A stretch of DNA of 45,021 bases, from contig JWZX01001788.1 of NCBI GenBank assembly GCA_001275005.1, positions 1 through 45,021 on the forward strand. The letters run 5' to 3'. A program made the translations under genes and the position numbers. The DNA comes from Chrysochromulina tobinii. Lineage: Eukaryota. Positions 21,062-30,800 of the stretch are shown here, in pieces (position 1 is the stretch's first letter; each line of letters begins with the position of its first letter). The notes below the pieces were generated by a model. It saw nothing but the letters and a program-made list of their open reading frames with translations, did no database searches and was not told where the DNA came from.

Positions 21062-23722
21062 ATGCCCTCGGACCGCGTCACAGTCGCCGTGCGTGTGCGG
21101 CCGTGGCTTGGGACCGACCGCGGCGCGCGGCGCTGCAGCATCGCCGTGGATGGCAACGCAGCCGAGCTGCTCGATCCGCAGAATGGCGGGCGCCGCGCGC
21201 AGTTCTGCTTTGATCACTGCTTCGATTCACTCGCCACACTGGACGCGCAGGCAGACCAAGAGATCATCTTCGACACGCTCGCCGGTCGGCTGCTCACCTC
21301 CGCGGCAGATGGCTACAATGTGACCGTCTTTGCCTACGGGCAGACGGGTAGTGGCAAGTCTTACACGATGACTGGATCCTCCGCGGCTCCAGGCTTCACT
21401 CCTCGCTTCGTGTCGGCGCTTTGCGCCAACTGCGAGGCGGCTCGTCAAGCGAACCCACGATCGGAGTACGCCATCGAGGCGAGCTACCTCGAGATCTACA
21501 ATGAGACCATCCGCGACTTGCTCCTCCCGATACGCTCTGGCAAGGGTGGCAAAGGTGCGGGCGCAAGCCTGCGAGTGCGCGAGCATCCCCGCACGGGGCC
21601 GTACGTTGAGGACCTCTCCAAGATCGCGTGCAGCACAGCCGCGCAAGTGAGCACCCTGCTGGAGCATGGCAACTCGGTGCGAGCCGTGCGCGGGACGAAC
21701 ATGAATGCGGCCTCATCACGATCGCATGCCATCTTCTCGATCCGGCTGACGCAGCGCCAGCCCATCGACGCCGACGCTGACGAGGACGCGGCGCCGACCG
21801 CGGGCACGCCGTCGCGGGCGAGCATGATCGAGCGCGTGAGCAAGGTCCACCTTGTAGACCTGGCCGGATCCGAACGAGCCAAGCGAACTGGCGCAGCAGC
21901 GGTCGGCCGCGTTCAGCTGAGCGAGGCCGGTGCGATCAACAGCTCGCTCGCAACGCTCGGCGCGGTGATCAGCGCGCTCGCGGCGGCTGGCAGGCGCGGC
22001 ACGACGCACGTGCCGTACCGCGAGAGCGTGCTCACGTTCTTGCTGCGCGATGGGCTTGGCGGCAACGCACGCACGCTCATGTTGGCAACCGTCTCGCCAG
22101 CGGCCGTCGACTTCCAAGAGACGTGGTCGACGCTCCGGTATGCTGACAGCGCGAAGCGGATTGTGAATGAGGCACGCCCTAATTTGGACCCGACGCAGAC
22201 CCTCGTGCTTCAGCTCCGGGATGAGATCGACGAGCTGCGCGCTGCCCTTCGGAGGGGGAGCGGCAAGGGCGGAGGACCCGCCGATGCGGCGGCCATGGCC
22301 GCGGTACGCGAGGAGCTCGGTGTGAGTGAGAAGCTAATGGCGGAGGCGACGGAGACGTGGGAGATGAAGCTGCGTCGTGCGGCCGCGCTCGCAGAGGAGC
22401 GTGTGGGTGCCATCGAGGACCAGATGGCCGTGCTCGCACGGCAGCTCGCCGCGTCAGAGCAGGCACGTTGGCAGTCCGAGGCAGATAGGTCGCGGCTTGA
22501 GGCGTTGCTCCGTGCCCGAGGTGGGATGCACGATGAGGCAAGCGGCGAGGGCAACCACGGCAGCGGCGGCGGCGGCGGCAACAGGTTAGTCCGCGCTGAC
22601 GGCCACCTTGGTGCCGAAGAGCCCTGGCCTGGCGCCGCCAGTGGTGACCCTTCAGAAAACGAGGCCGGTGACGCGATGCCCCCAGAGTTTTCCGAATTGG
22701 AAGCCGCGCACCATCGGAGTGTTCTCGGAGCGACGCCGCCACTGGTGGCCATGCCCAAGCCGTCGGAGGTTTGGTACGCGGTGCCCGACCCGCAGGCGCC
22801 TTCGGACAAGTATTACTGGAACCCGGCGACCGGCGACACGACTTGGGAGCTGCCGCTGCACGCGCTCGTGTTCGCCACGGCGTCGGCTGATAGCCTCCCG
22901 GTTACCAATAGCCATGCGATGAGCCATGCGTGGGACACAAAGCCGCCCGGGGATGAGGGGGCAGCGCAGGCAGAGTCGGAGGCGAAGACGGAGAGGTTGG
23001 AGGTGGCGGCGAGATTGGAGGAGGCGGCGAGATTGGAGGAGGCGAGATTGGAGGAGGAGGCGAGATCGGAGCAGGCGGCGAGATCGGAGCAGGCGGCGAG
23101 ATCGGAGGAGGAGGCGAGATCGGAGGAGGTGGCGCTCCAGCATGTTGACGAAGTTGACGAAGTTGGCGAGGTGGACGAGGTGGATGAGATGCCCGCAGAG
23201 TTCCAACTGCCGCCTCAGCCGCGGATCACAGTCGTGTCGGACGCCTCGGTGGCGATGCCAGCCAGGTTCAACTGGACGGGCAGCGGTACCTGGACTGCGA
23301 TGCTGCAGGCAGCGCCCACAAGCGCCTTGGAGCCGGCGAGTCTGGGGCCGGCGAGTTTCAAAGGCAGTGTCGGTTGTACCCGCAAGGGCCACGGCAGCAG
23401 TAATGGCCACAGCAGCAGTAATGGCCACGGCAGCCACGCGAGTAAAGGCCGCTCTGTGGGAGTGATGACGCTGCCCAGCCAACCACTGCCGGACGATGTA
23501 GATACGACATTTCTCACGCGCACGTTGCAGCAGCTCGCGCGTAGGGAGCGGACGCTCTCCTCCCTGCGCGTGCAGCTCCAGCAGGCGGAAAAGATGGTCG
23601 CAGAGCCGACGGGCACCGCCGGCCACACAGCGCCGGGGACACGGCGCAAGTACCAGCGCATGGCCGCCGCGCTCAGATGGATTATTGTCAGCGGAGAGGA
23701 GGTCCTGTCACGTTCACAGTGA
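21062..23722 (+). CDS. kinesin (kinesin-3-like N-terminal motor) with coiled coil and WW domain
   Basis: VAVRVRP, FAYGQTGSGKSYTM, SYLEIYNE, LRVREHP, NAASSRSHAIF, LVDLAGSER, HVPYRESVLTFLL; WW-like WYAV...YYWNPATGDTTWELP; ATG at 21062. Confidence 0.93.
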   Translation: MPSDRVTVAVRVRPWLGTDRGARRCSIAVDGNAAELLDPQNGGRRAQFCFDHCFDSLATLDAQADQEIIFDTLAGRLLTSAADGYNVTVFAYGQTGSGKSYTMTGSSAAPGFTPRFVSALCANCEAARQANPRSEYAIEASYLEIYNETIRDLLLPIRSGKGGKGAGASLRVREHPRTGPYVEDLSKIACSTAAQVSTLLEHGNSVRAVRGTNMNAASSRSHAIFSIRLTQRQPIDADADEDAAPTAGTPSRASMIERVSKVHLVDLAGSERAKRTGAAAVGRVQLSEAGAINSSLATLGAVISALAAAGRRGTTHVPYRESVLTFLLRDGLGGNARTLMLATVSPAAVDFQETWSTLRYADSAKRIVNEARPNLDPTQTLVLQLRDEIDELRAALRRGSGKGGGPADAAAMAAVREELGVSEKLMAEATETWEMKLRRAAALAEERVGAIEDQMAVLARQLAASEQARWQSEADRSRLEALLRARGGMHDEASGEGNHGSGGGGGNRLVRADGHLGAEEPWPGAASGDPSENEAGDAMPPEFSELEAAHHRSVLGATPPLVAMPKPSEVWYAVPDPQAPSDKYYWNPATGDTTWELPLHALVFATASADSLPVTNSHAMSHAWDTKPPGDEGAAQAESEAKTERLEVAARLEEAARLEEARLEEEARSEQAARSEQAARSEEEARSEEVALQHVDEVDEVGEVDEVDEMPAEFQLPPQPRITVVSDASVAMPARFNWTGSGTWTAMLQAAPTSALEPASLGPASFKGSVGCTRKGHGSSNGHSSSNGHGSHASKGRSVGVMTLPSQPLPDDVDTTFLTRTLQQLARRERTLSSLRVQLQQAEKMVAEPTGTAGHTAPGTRRKYQRMAAALRWIIVSGEEVLSRSQ

Positions 23723-23923
23723 CACTTGTGTCACCGGTACCGGTACATGTCGAGCTTAATTAATTAGCTCTAGGATCCGGGGTGCCGCATGAATCTCGCG
23801 GGTTCTTCCCTTCGTGAGCTACAGCCGTCCTCCTGATAGATGTGTCGGCGAGCCTTCTTCCGCCTTTTTGGCTTCGATTGACCAGGGTTCTGCCACAAGA
23901 CAAGGAGGTCTGCACGCACGCCT

Positions 23924-24508
23924 ATGTTGGCCTTGTTGGTGGCCGCAAGGCTGCCGCTGGCGTCGCTGGGCAGCTTACTGCCGCATCCGACAATTCTTGG
24001 CCGCAGCGGCGTCATTGCCATGACCATGCGGCCTCCACCACCGCCACCGCCGCCGCTCTCTCCTGCCCTGCTTGCTGCGGACGGTGCCGTCGTCGCGGGC
24101 TACTCAGTGTCGTGCAGCCTTGTCGGCTTGTTCACAAGTGGAGCATACCTCGAACCACCCATTGTCAGCTTCCAGGATGTCATCGACATCGCCTATGCAT
24201 TTGATGTCGCAGCAGCGCTGTCAATTGGATGGATGATCGCGAGCGCTGCAGTGGGTGCTGCCTCGAACGACTGGATAAGCCAAGACCACAGTGCCTCTCC
24301 GATCGGCCTGAGCAGAGTTCTTCCGGCCTGGCTGCTTGGTTGGCCTTTGGGTGTCGCACTAAAAGCTGCGGCTGCGCTCCAATTTGCGTCTTGGACCAAT
24401 TTGCCAACCATCGTGGATGCACACACAGCGTCGATGGATGGAGCAGGCCTGTTGCTCGTCGTGGCGATGTACCGAGCATCGTTGCTATGGTGGATAAATC
24501 GATGGTGA
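23924..24508 (+). CDS. small multi-pass membrane protein, possibly plastid-targeted (DUF3054-like)
   Basis: Signal-peptide-like N-terminus and about four hydrophobic helices; the family assignment is tentative. Confidence 0.6.
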   Translation: MLALLVAARLPLASLGSLLPHPTILGRSGVIAMTMRPPPPPPPPLSPALLAADGAVVAGYSVSCSLVGLFTSGAYLEPPIVSFQDVIDIAYAFDVAAALSIGWMIASAAVGAASNDWISQDHSASPIGLSRVLPAWLLGWPLGVALKAAAALQFASWTNLPTIVDAHTASMDGAGLLLVVAMYRASLLWWINRW

Positions 24509-24839
24509 GATCACCATGTACAGCGTAGGGACTCTCGAGTACGACATCGCCCATTCACTCCAGAGAGTGCTCACAGAGTGCAAAACGACATGCAACTCGT
24601 ACGTATACAGTGATGAGACGGGTTGAGACGGGTTCGAAGAGGCACCGCCGCCCGGGGCGGTGAACCAGAACAACACCGGCTCCTCCGCACCGGGTTAGCG
24701 CGCAGTTACATGTTGCGGTGCCACCGGCCGCGCGACTTAGTTTAGACTCAGCGTGACTGTCGATTCCCTTTGCTGTTCACATTCACGCAGTCGCCTCTAC
24801 TTGAAGGAGAGTGACAGAGTGTGCTGTGGATCGAAGAAC

Positions 24840-25481
24840 ATGACAGCCCGCCCGGACAGCCGACTGCGCCGCCTGATCTCGAACTGGCGTTCGCCTTTCT
24901 TGCCGCGCAAGAGCCTCCTCGATTGGCACGACGACTGGAACCTGGTTGCGCTCGGCGCTCTCAACGTTGCGCAGCTTTCCTGGTGGTGCGGACTTGTGAG
25001 TGGACCTGCGGCACTGAACGCCCTCTTTGTGGCCGACGCCCTCTACCTCATCGCCGACACGATGTGGCTCCTCTTTTTTCCGGACTGCGTCCCCGCGCGT
25101 GCTCGACCCACGCTTCTCATGCACCACTGCACCATTTGCTTTGCCATCCCGATGGCCGCTGGCCGGCCGGTGCTCATGCGCCACATGCTGCGAACATGGA
25201 TCGTCGAAGTGCACTCGTGGAACCACATTGCCACGCGCCGACTCCGCTCCGAGCGACTCGCCTCGTTTTGCCGTGATGTCAACAAGCCGCTGTTCGTTGC
25301 CATTCGCCTCGTGGCGTTCCCTCTCACCTGGTTCTCGTACTCGAGCGAGCGCCTGGCGCTGCCCACGGCGCTACTCGAGGCGCAAGCGCCGATGCGAGTG
25401 CACGCGCCGCTCAGCCTCGCGCAGCTGGCGCTCTACGGGCTGATGCTCAAGTGGGGGTATGACATGCTCGTGAAGTCGTGA
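24840..25481 (+). CDS. TLC (TRAM/LAG1/CLN8)-like membrane protein
   Basis: Multi-TM with YLIADT, LMHH, VEVHSW, LFVAIRL motifs; ATG at 24840. Confidence 0.7.
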   Translation: MTARPDSRLRRLISNWRSPFLPRKSLLDWHDDWNLVALGALNVAQLSWWCGLVSGPAALNALFVADALYLIADTMWLLFFPDCVPARARPTLLMHHCTICFAIPMAAGRPVLMRHMLRTWIVEVHSWNHIATRRLRSERLASFCRDVNKPLFVAIRLVAFPLTWFSYSSERLALPTALLEAQAPMRVHAPLSLAQLALYGLMLKWGYDMLVKS

Positions 25482-25740
25482 TGGCCGCGATGTCCGATGA
25501 TGCACTGGAGAATGATGTGCGCTTAAGCGGGGGTTGTAGGATGTGGCTCCTCTGTGGTGGAGATGGAAGTGAAGGTGGGACAATGAGTCACGTATATTGT
25601 GAGGTTGGGAGTCTGTTTTCGAGGTAAACGGAGACTCAACGCCCGACATAGCGCTGAAGCCTTGCTTGCGCGAACGGCCTCCGAGCGCGCTCGAACGGCT
25701 TCTGTCGGGACGGTCTGTCGGCCCTCTCCCCACATCAGCC

Positions 25741-26385
25741 ATGGCTGATCGGGCGGCCAAGCTTGCGGCCCAGGAGGAGAAGGCACGGCGGGAGAAGGAG
25801 CGCCAAGAGTTCATGGCGGCGCAGGAGCTCGAGACGCTGCGGAGGGCCTTCAAGAGGTTAGACAAGAATGGCGACAAGGCCATTGATGTGGATGAGCTGC
25901 TGGCGGAGCTGGAGTTCTTGGGGCACTCGCTCAAGCCGAGCGAGGCCGCGCTTACCATCTGGGAGGTGGACGACGACGCGGATGGCGTCATCAACTGGGA
26001 TGAGTTCCGCCAGATATTCTTCCGCATCCGAGATGACTGCCAGGCTGGTGGCTGCGAGCCGCGCAAGCTCTTCTACGTCATCGAGTTCCTTATGAACGAC
26101 AAAAACTTGAGCGGCAGCATGGATCTCGACGAGTGCTGCACGCTGCTCTACGGGCGCTACGGCAAGGCCGTCATCGACGAGATCGTGACTGAGGTCTTTG
26201 CGGGCGTGGCTCCCGACCAGAAGTCGGTCTCCTTCTCGACCTTCGTGAATATCCAGAAGAAGGCCGCGAAGAAGATCAGCGACAGCTCAAGCGGCCTCGT
26301 ACTCAGCAGCGGCCGAATGCTGCCACAGGTCAAAGATCTCAAAGACCGGCTGGATCCGACACTCGCGCACCTGTTTCACAATTAG
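25741..26385 (+). CDS. calmodulin-like EF-hand protein
   Basis: DKNGDKAIDVDE, DDDADGVINWDE, DKNLSGSMDLDE loops. Confidence 0.9.
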   Translation: MADRAAKLAAQEEKARREKERQEFMAAQELETLRRAFKRLDKNGDKAIDVDELLAELEFLGHSLKPSEAALTIWEVDDDADGVINWDEFRQIFFRIRDDCQAGGCEPRKLFYVIEFLMNDKNLSGSMDLDECCTLLYGRYGKAVIDEIVTEVFAGVAPDQKSVSFSTFVNIQKKAAKKISDSSSGLVLSSGRMLPQVKDLKDRLDPTLAHLFHN

Positions 26386-27260
26386 GGGAGGCACCGAGAA
26401 AAACGCCGAGGAACGGCAGCGGCGCTCGCCGACGGCGCACACACGTGCACTCGCCTCCAGAGTAGAGTGCCGTGGCGGCGGATGGCACGAGCTTCCCATG
26501 CCGGGGATCGTGTGTTCCGCGCCCAGCGCCGTGGAGGCGATGGTGCCGCGCACGCATGCATCCAGTCGTCGTCTCGTCGAGAGTGGACTGGAGAGAGCGC
26601 AGCGACGCTGGTGGTGGTTCGTTCAAAATCGAAAGAGTCTCGTGCGCAGCCAGCCAGCCAGTCAGTCAGTTACGCGCCACTGCGACGATGGTGTCAGCTG
26701 GCGATCACGATCTCGGGATCCGTTCACGAACGACGCACACGTCGCACGTCCTCACACGTATTTTTGACAGATGACCGCGTCATAATTTTCCAGCATGCCG
26801 GCAGCTGGCAATTACTGTGGAACGATTTGACATTTGACATGAATAATTTTCATATCGAAGTCCCACGAGAGGCCGCGCTGCCCCGCAGAGGATAGAGGAT
26901 TATAACCACAGTACCACACATGAAATGATAACACGAGACTGGCTGAACGATTATTTCCGAGTTCGCGCACCGGAGGGGCACCACGGCACCCCTGGTGCTT
27001 TTTACCCCGGTGGCGCCTGGGGGCAGTTGACAGAGTCGGCAGCCGGGTCGGCAGCGGAATAAAGTCATTTGATCGTCGCCCTTGATCGTCGGAGTGTGTG
27101 GTGACCGTGGGTGACCGCGACATAACTGACATTCTGACTGACTGACTACTGCGCGCTGAGTGTCCCATCCCGCTCGCCGTGCCTTTGTGTTTCACAACTG
27201 TTTCACAGCGCAACGATCGTCGGGAACACCGCGCCGCGGACCACTCAGCTGCGCTGCGAA

Positions 27261-28142
27261 ATGCCTGTGACGGCGTCGTTCGGCGGCAACTCGGCACGCG
27301 GCAGTCCGTACGAATCGAGGGCGAAGACCGCCTTGTTTCTATCTTCGGTATATTCCAAGGGCTACGACGAAGCCCTCGCAGAGGAGGTCGAGCAGAAGGG
27401 CGCCAAGCTTGGCAGTGGTGTGTCGACAAACCTGTTGCAAGAAGGCTTCAAGGAGGACGTGCCACTTGTGCGCTGCGTGCCCATGTTTGGTGGGATCGTG
27501 ACCGATGAGAAGCTGAAATTGCATCATGACAAGCAGAACGAGTGGCTCAAATGTTGGGAACACTTTGCCACTATCACGCGATTCGGGGTGCTGGTGCTCG
27601 CTGGCGACGTGGCCAAGTTCCAGGCGTGGGCGACGAGCGAAGAGGGCAAGCTGGAGATGCAGTTCGTGCCGAAGGGACGCCTGTTCGTGTACATCGAAGG
27701 CGTCATCGTGGCGCTTGTCGAAGAGGGCGAGGCGACAGTCGAGACGGGCAAAGGCACGGTCATCTTTGCAGACGGCACGACGTACACCGGGGACGTCGAA
27801 GGCGGATTGAGGCATGGGATTGGCAGGACGCAGCTTGCCAATGGGGCCGTGACCACCGGCCAGTACGTTCACGGCGACCTGGTGCGCCTGATCGGAGGGG
27901 AGGGCAGTGTGTTGTCCGATCGCGCCATGAATCAGGATCTGTTGGATGACAAGCGGCTCGACGCGCTGATTGCGGCATCTGCAGCGGCCGACGCTGTGAT
28001 CGATCCGCAGTCAGACGCTGCGATGGGTTTGGCTCCGCTGCCACCGCCATCCTCGCTGTCCCCTTCTACACCTCGCGGGCCCAAGTCGCCGACACTGTCC
28101 CGGCAGGCCTCGACTTCAGACAACAGCCCCAACTACGCTTGA
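27261..28142 (+). CDS. MORN-repeat protein with an uncharacterised N-terminal alpha/beta domain
   Basis: GKGTVIFADGTTYTGDVEGGLRHGIGRTQLANGAVTTGQYVHG. Confidence 0.8.
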   Translation: MPVTASFGGNSARGSPYESRAKTALFLSSVYSKGYDEALAEEVEQKGAKLGSGVSTNLLQEGFKEDVPLVRCVPMFGGIVTDEKLKLHHDKQNEWLKCWEHFATITRFGVLVLAGDVAKFQAWATSEEGKLEMQFVPKGRLFVYIEGVIVALVEEGEATVETGKGTVIFADGTTYTGDVEGGLRHGIGRTQLANGAVTTGQYVHGDLVRLIGGEGSVLSDRAMNQDLLDDKRLDALIAASAAADAVIDPQSDAAMGLAPLPPPSSLSPSTPRGPKSPTLSRQASTSDNSPNYA

Positions 28143-28714
28143 CAGGTCAACCTCGACTTGACAAAGCTATGCATCATGTTCAGTCAGCCAATCAGCCAGC
28201 CAGTGGAGTCAGTTCCTTTCCGCGAGATGTCACATGTCTATCGCATGCAAGTCTGCACACACCACACCCGACCAGGGCCACACCCCGGGAGGCAGGGTGC
28301 GTGCCGGGCTCGGCCCGGTCGGGTCGTTACGTTTTGCGGTGAATGTGTCGTAAACGAAGCGCGTTGTTTTCGTCTCGGCTTTCACGGCACCGTACTTATA
28401 GGAGCGAGGCGACACACACACGCGTGTGCATGTCACTCTGCGACTCTCGAGGCTCACGCTTCGCTTCCTAATGCGCGCCGTTGAATGTTGACATGTTGAG
28501 GGGGCCAGCCTCGAGAAGCAACCCCGTTCCTCGAGCGCAAGAGCAGGGGCCGTGCCAAGCGGCCCAGCTTGCGGCAGGGAGTGCCCTCGTCACGCATCCG
28601 CTGGCCCCTCGCGGACAGCAGGATGGCCACGTGGGCCCGTGATGTGAAGTCTACTCAAGCATACTCAAGCTCAGCACCAAGCTCAGCTCGTCGCATGGGT
28701 CATGTGCTCTCTTC

Positions 28715-30532
28715 TCACGCGTCGAACGCGATGAAGAACTTCTTCTTCTCCTCCTCCTCCTTGGCCTTCACCTCCTCGGCTGCCTTGCGCGCCTTCTCCT
28801 CCTCATACGCACGCTCCATGGCAGCCTGCTTCTCGTTCGCTTCGCGTACCTTACGCTCCCCCTCTGCGTCCTTTGTACGCACGGCGGCCGCCTTCTGCGG
28901 TGAGTACTCTTTCGTGGCGCCGGCCGGAAGCGCCGCGACGGGGATGCGCCCAGACTGCGTCCACTTGCCCGATTTCATCGAGCGATAGCGGCCCATGATC
29001 TCAGTGCGCCCGTCGACGATCGTCGGTCGGATGCCGGTAATCGGCTCCTGCGCCTTGCGTTGCTTGCAGACGCGCAGGTGAATGGGCAATCGATCGGGAA
29101 AGAAGGTTCGGCCACACCACTCGCATGGCACGAAAGTGTTGGCATCGTTCTCGGCAAACTCGATGGAGGCGCGGATGCCCTCGGCGGGGGTGGCCAGGTC
29201 GGACGAGAGCATATCCTGCGTCGCATCCTCCTCGACGAAGTGCACCTCCTTCTTGGTCGGCGCCACGGCCTCACATGAGCGCTGATGCTCCGCCATCACC
29301 TGCATGCAATGAAGGAGGCAATCAGATGCAATCAGGGAGGCAATCAGATGCAACCAGCCATCCGTTCCACAGGAGCGCTGATGCTCCGCCATCACCGCGG
29401 GCAAGAGGCACAGACCACGTGAAAGCAATGAGGGAGGCAATCAGATGCAATCAGATGCAATCAGATGCAATCAGATGCAATCAGCCATCACCGTGGGTAA
29501 GAAGCGCAGGCCACATCGGCACGTGACGAGCGCCGCCTCGAGCTCGGCTTGCTCGCGCGCCGCGGCCGCAGCGAGCTCCTCAGCCGTGGGCGCCGACGCG
29601 GCCGCCTCGGGCGGGGGGGAGCCGTCATACAGGTTCTTGAGCGTATCGAAGTAGGCCACAAATTCGGGAAACGAGATGGCGCCCGAGCCGTCGGTGTCCA
29701 TGGAGCGGAAGAGCTCCCGAGCGCGCTCCTCATTCTCGTCGCAGCGCTCGGGGAAGATTTGATTGAGCAGGCACATGAGCTCATCCGGGTCCAAGCTGCC
29801 GCTCCAGTCCGCGTCAAAGAACTCAAACATGGTGCACGCCTCCTCGAAGCGAGGGTCGACGTCCGGCTGCTTCATCGCGAGATAGTGCTTCACAAACTCC
29901 TCAAAGGAGATCGCGCCCGAGTCATCCACGTCCGCATCATCGAACATCGAGCTACAGAGCGAGTCCGCGTCAGCCACGCGCGACGGAAAGCAGTTGCGCA
30001 TCAGCACGCCAAACTCCTCCCGATCTAGCAGCTCGTCGCCATTGGCATCAAAACGGCGGAAGAGCTTGCGCAAGCGGCTCATCTCGGCCTCGCTAATCTG
30101 CGGCCCGAGCGCCGCGAGCACGCTACTCACACTTTTGCCGAGCGCACTCAGCGCGTCGCCCACGCTCTCTACGAGCGAGGGTGCCTCGTCCTTGAGGTTG
30201 ATCTGGGCGGCCTTGTAGAGATGCTTGAAGCGAGGATCGTTGTGATGGTCCTGCGGCCCGTAGCCGTTCGCACCGTGTGGCAGCAGCTTGACGCACCGCT
30301 TCGTGTGCGGGCCGATAGCATGCGGGCCGTAGGGCTCGCCGCAATTTGGACACTTCGGCCAGTCTGGCAGCGCCTTCGGCCGTGGTCCCTCAATCTTTCG
30401 CAGCTCCTGAAGCGCCGCGTGCTCGGCTTTCACGTCGGCTCGGTCCTTGCAGCGCCGTTCATGTCTGTCAATGGATGATGGCGAGAATGCGGCGTTGCAG
30501 TGGGGACACGTTTTCCAACCGGGCGGCGGCAT
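28715..30532 (-). CDS. C2HC zinc-finger (x4) + four-EF-hand protein, ~541 aa; exons 30532-29492 and 29299-28715
   Basis: Fingers CPHC..HERRC, CPNC..HTKRC, CRCG..(intron)..HQRSC, CEWCGRTF.PDRLPIHLRVC. EF loops DANGDELLDREE, DVDDSGAISFEE, DADWSGSLDPDE, DTDGSGAISFPE. Splicing completes the third finger. Confidence 0.88.
29300..29491 (-). mobile_element. compound repeat-built intron (192 nt) containing a decayed copy of the exon-exon junction
   Basis: GTGATGG(CTGATTGCAT)x4 CTGATTGCCTCCCTCATT..., internal junction copy at 29368-29418, second repeat block ending CCTTCATTGCATGCAG. Confidence 0.8.
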
Positions 30533-30800
30533 CACAAGTCCGTCCGGATTGTGCTGTGTTTCCACCTCGATCGCGGGAGAATCGCGAGAGCCCCAATTTG
30601 TTTTCACAAGTTTGGAGCACATTTGGCCCGTCTGAGCTGGCCTGCATGACAGATCGCACTTCTTAACCGATTTGCGTATCCTACCGTAACAACACGAATG
30701 TATGCACTCGGCATGCAATGCATTTTTCAACTTCAACTTTTGTACCTCTCCACTGTCTCTCCACTCCAGGGCAGCAAGCAGGAAGCAGCAGAAGGAGGAG

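Noticed and set aside
29300..29491. Repeat-spacer-repeat pattern superficially like a CRISPR mini-array
   Set aside because: The repeats are 10-nt tandem units inside a GT-AG intron of a eukaryotic gene, the 'spacer' is local exon sequence, and there are no cas genes.
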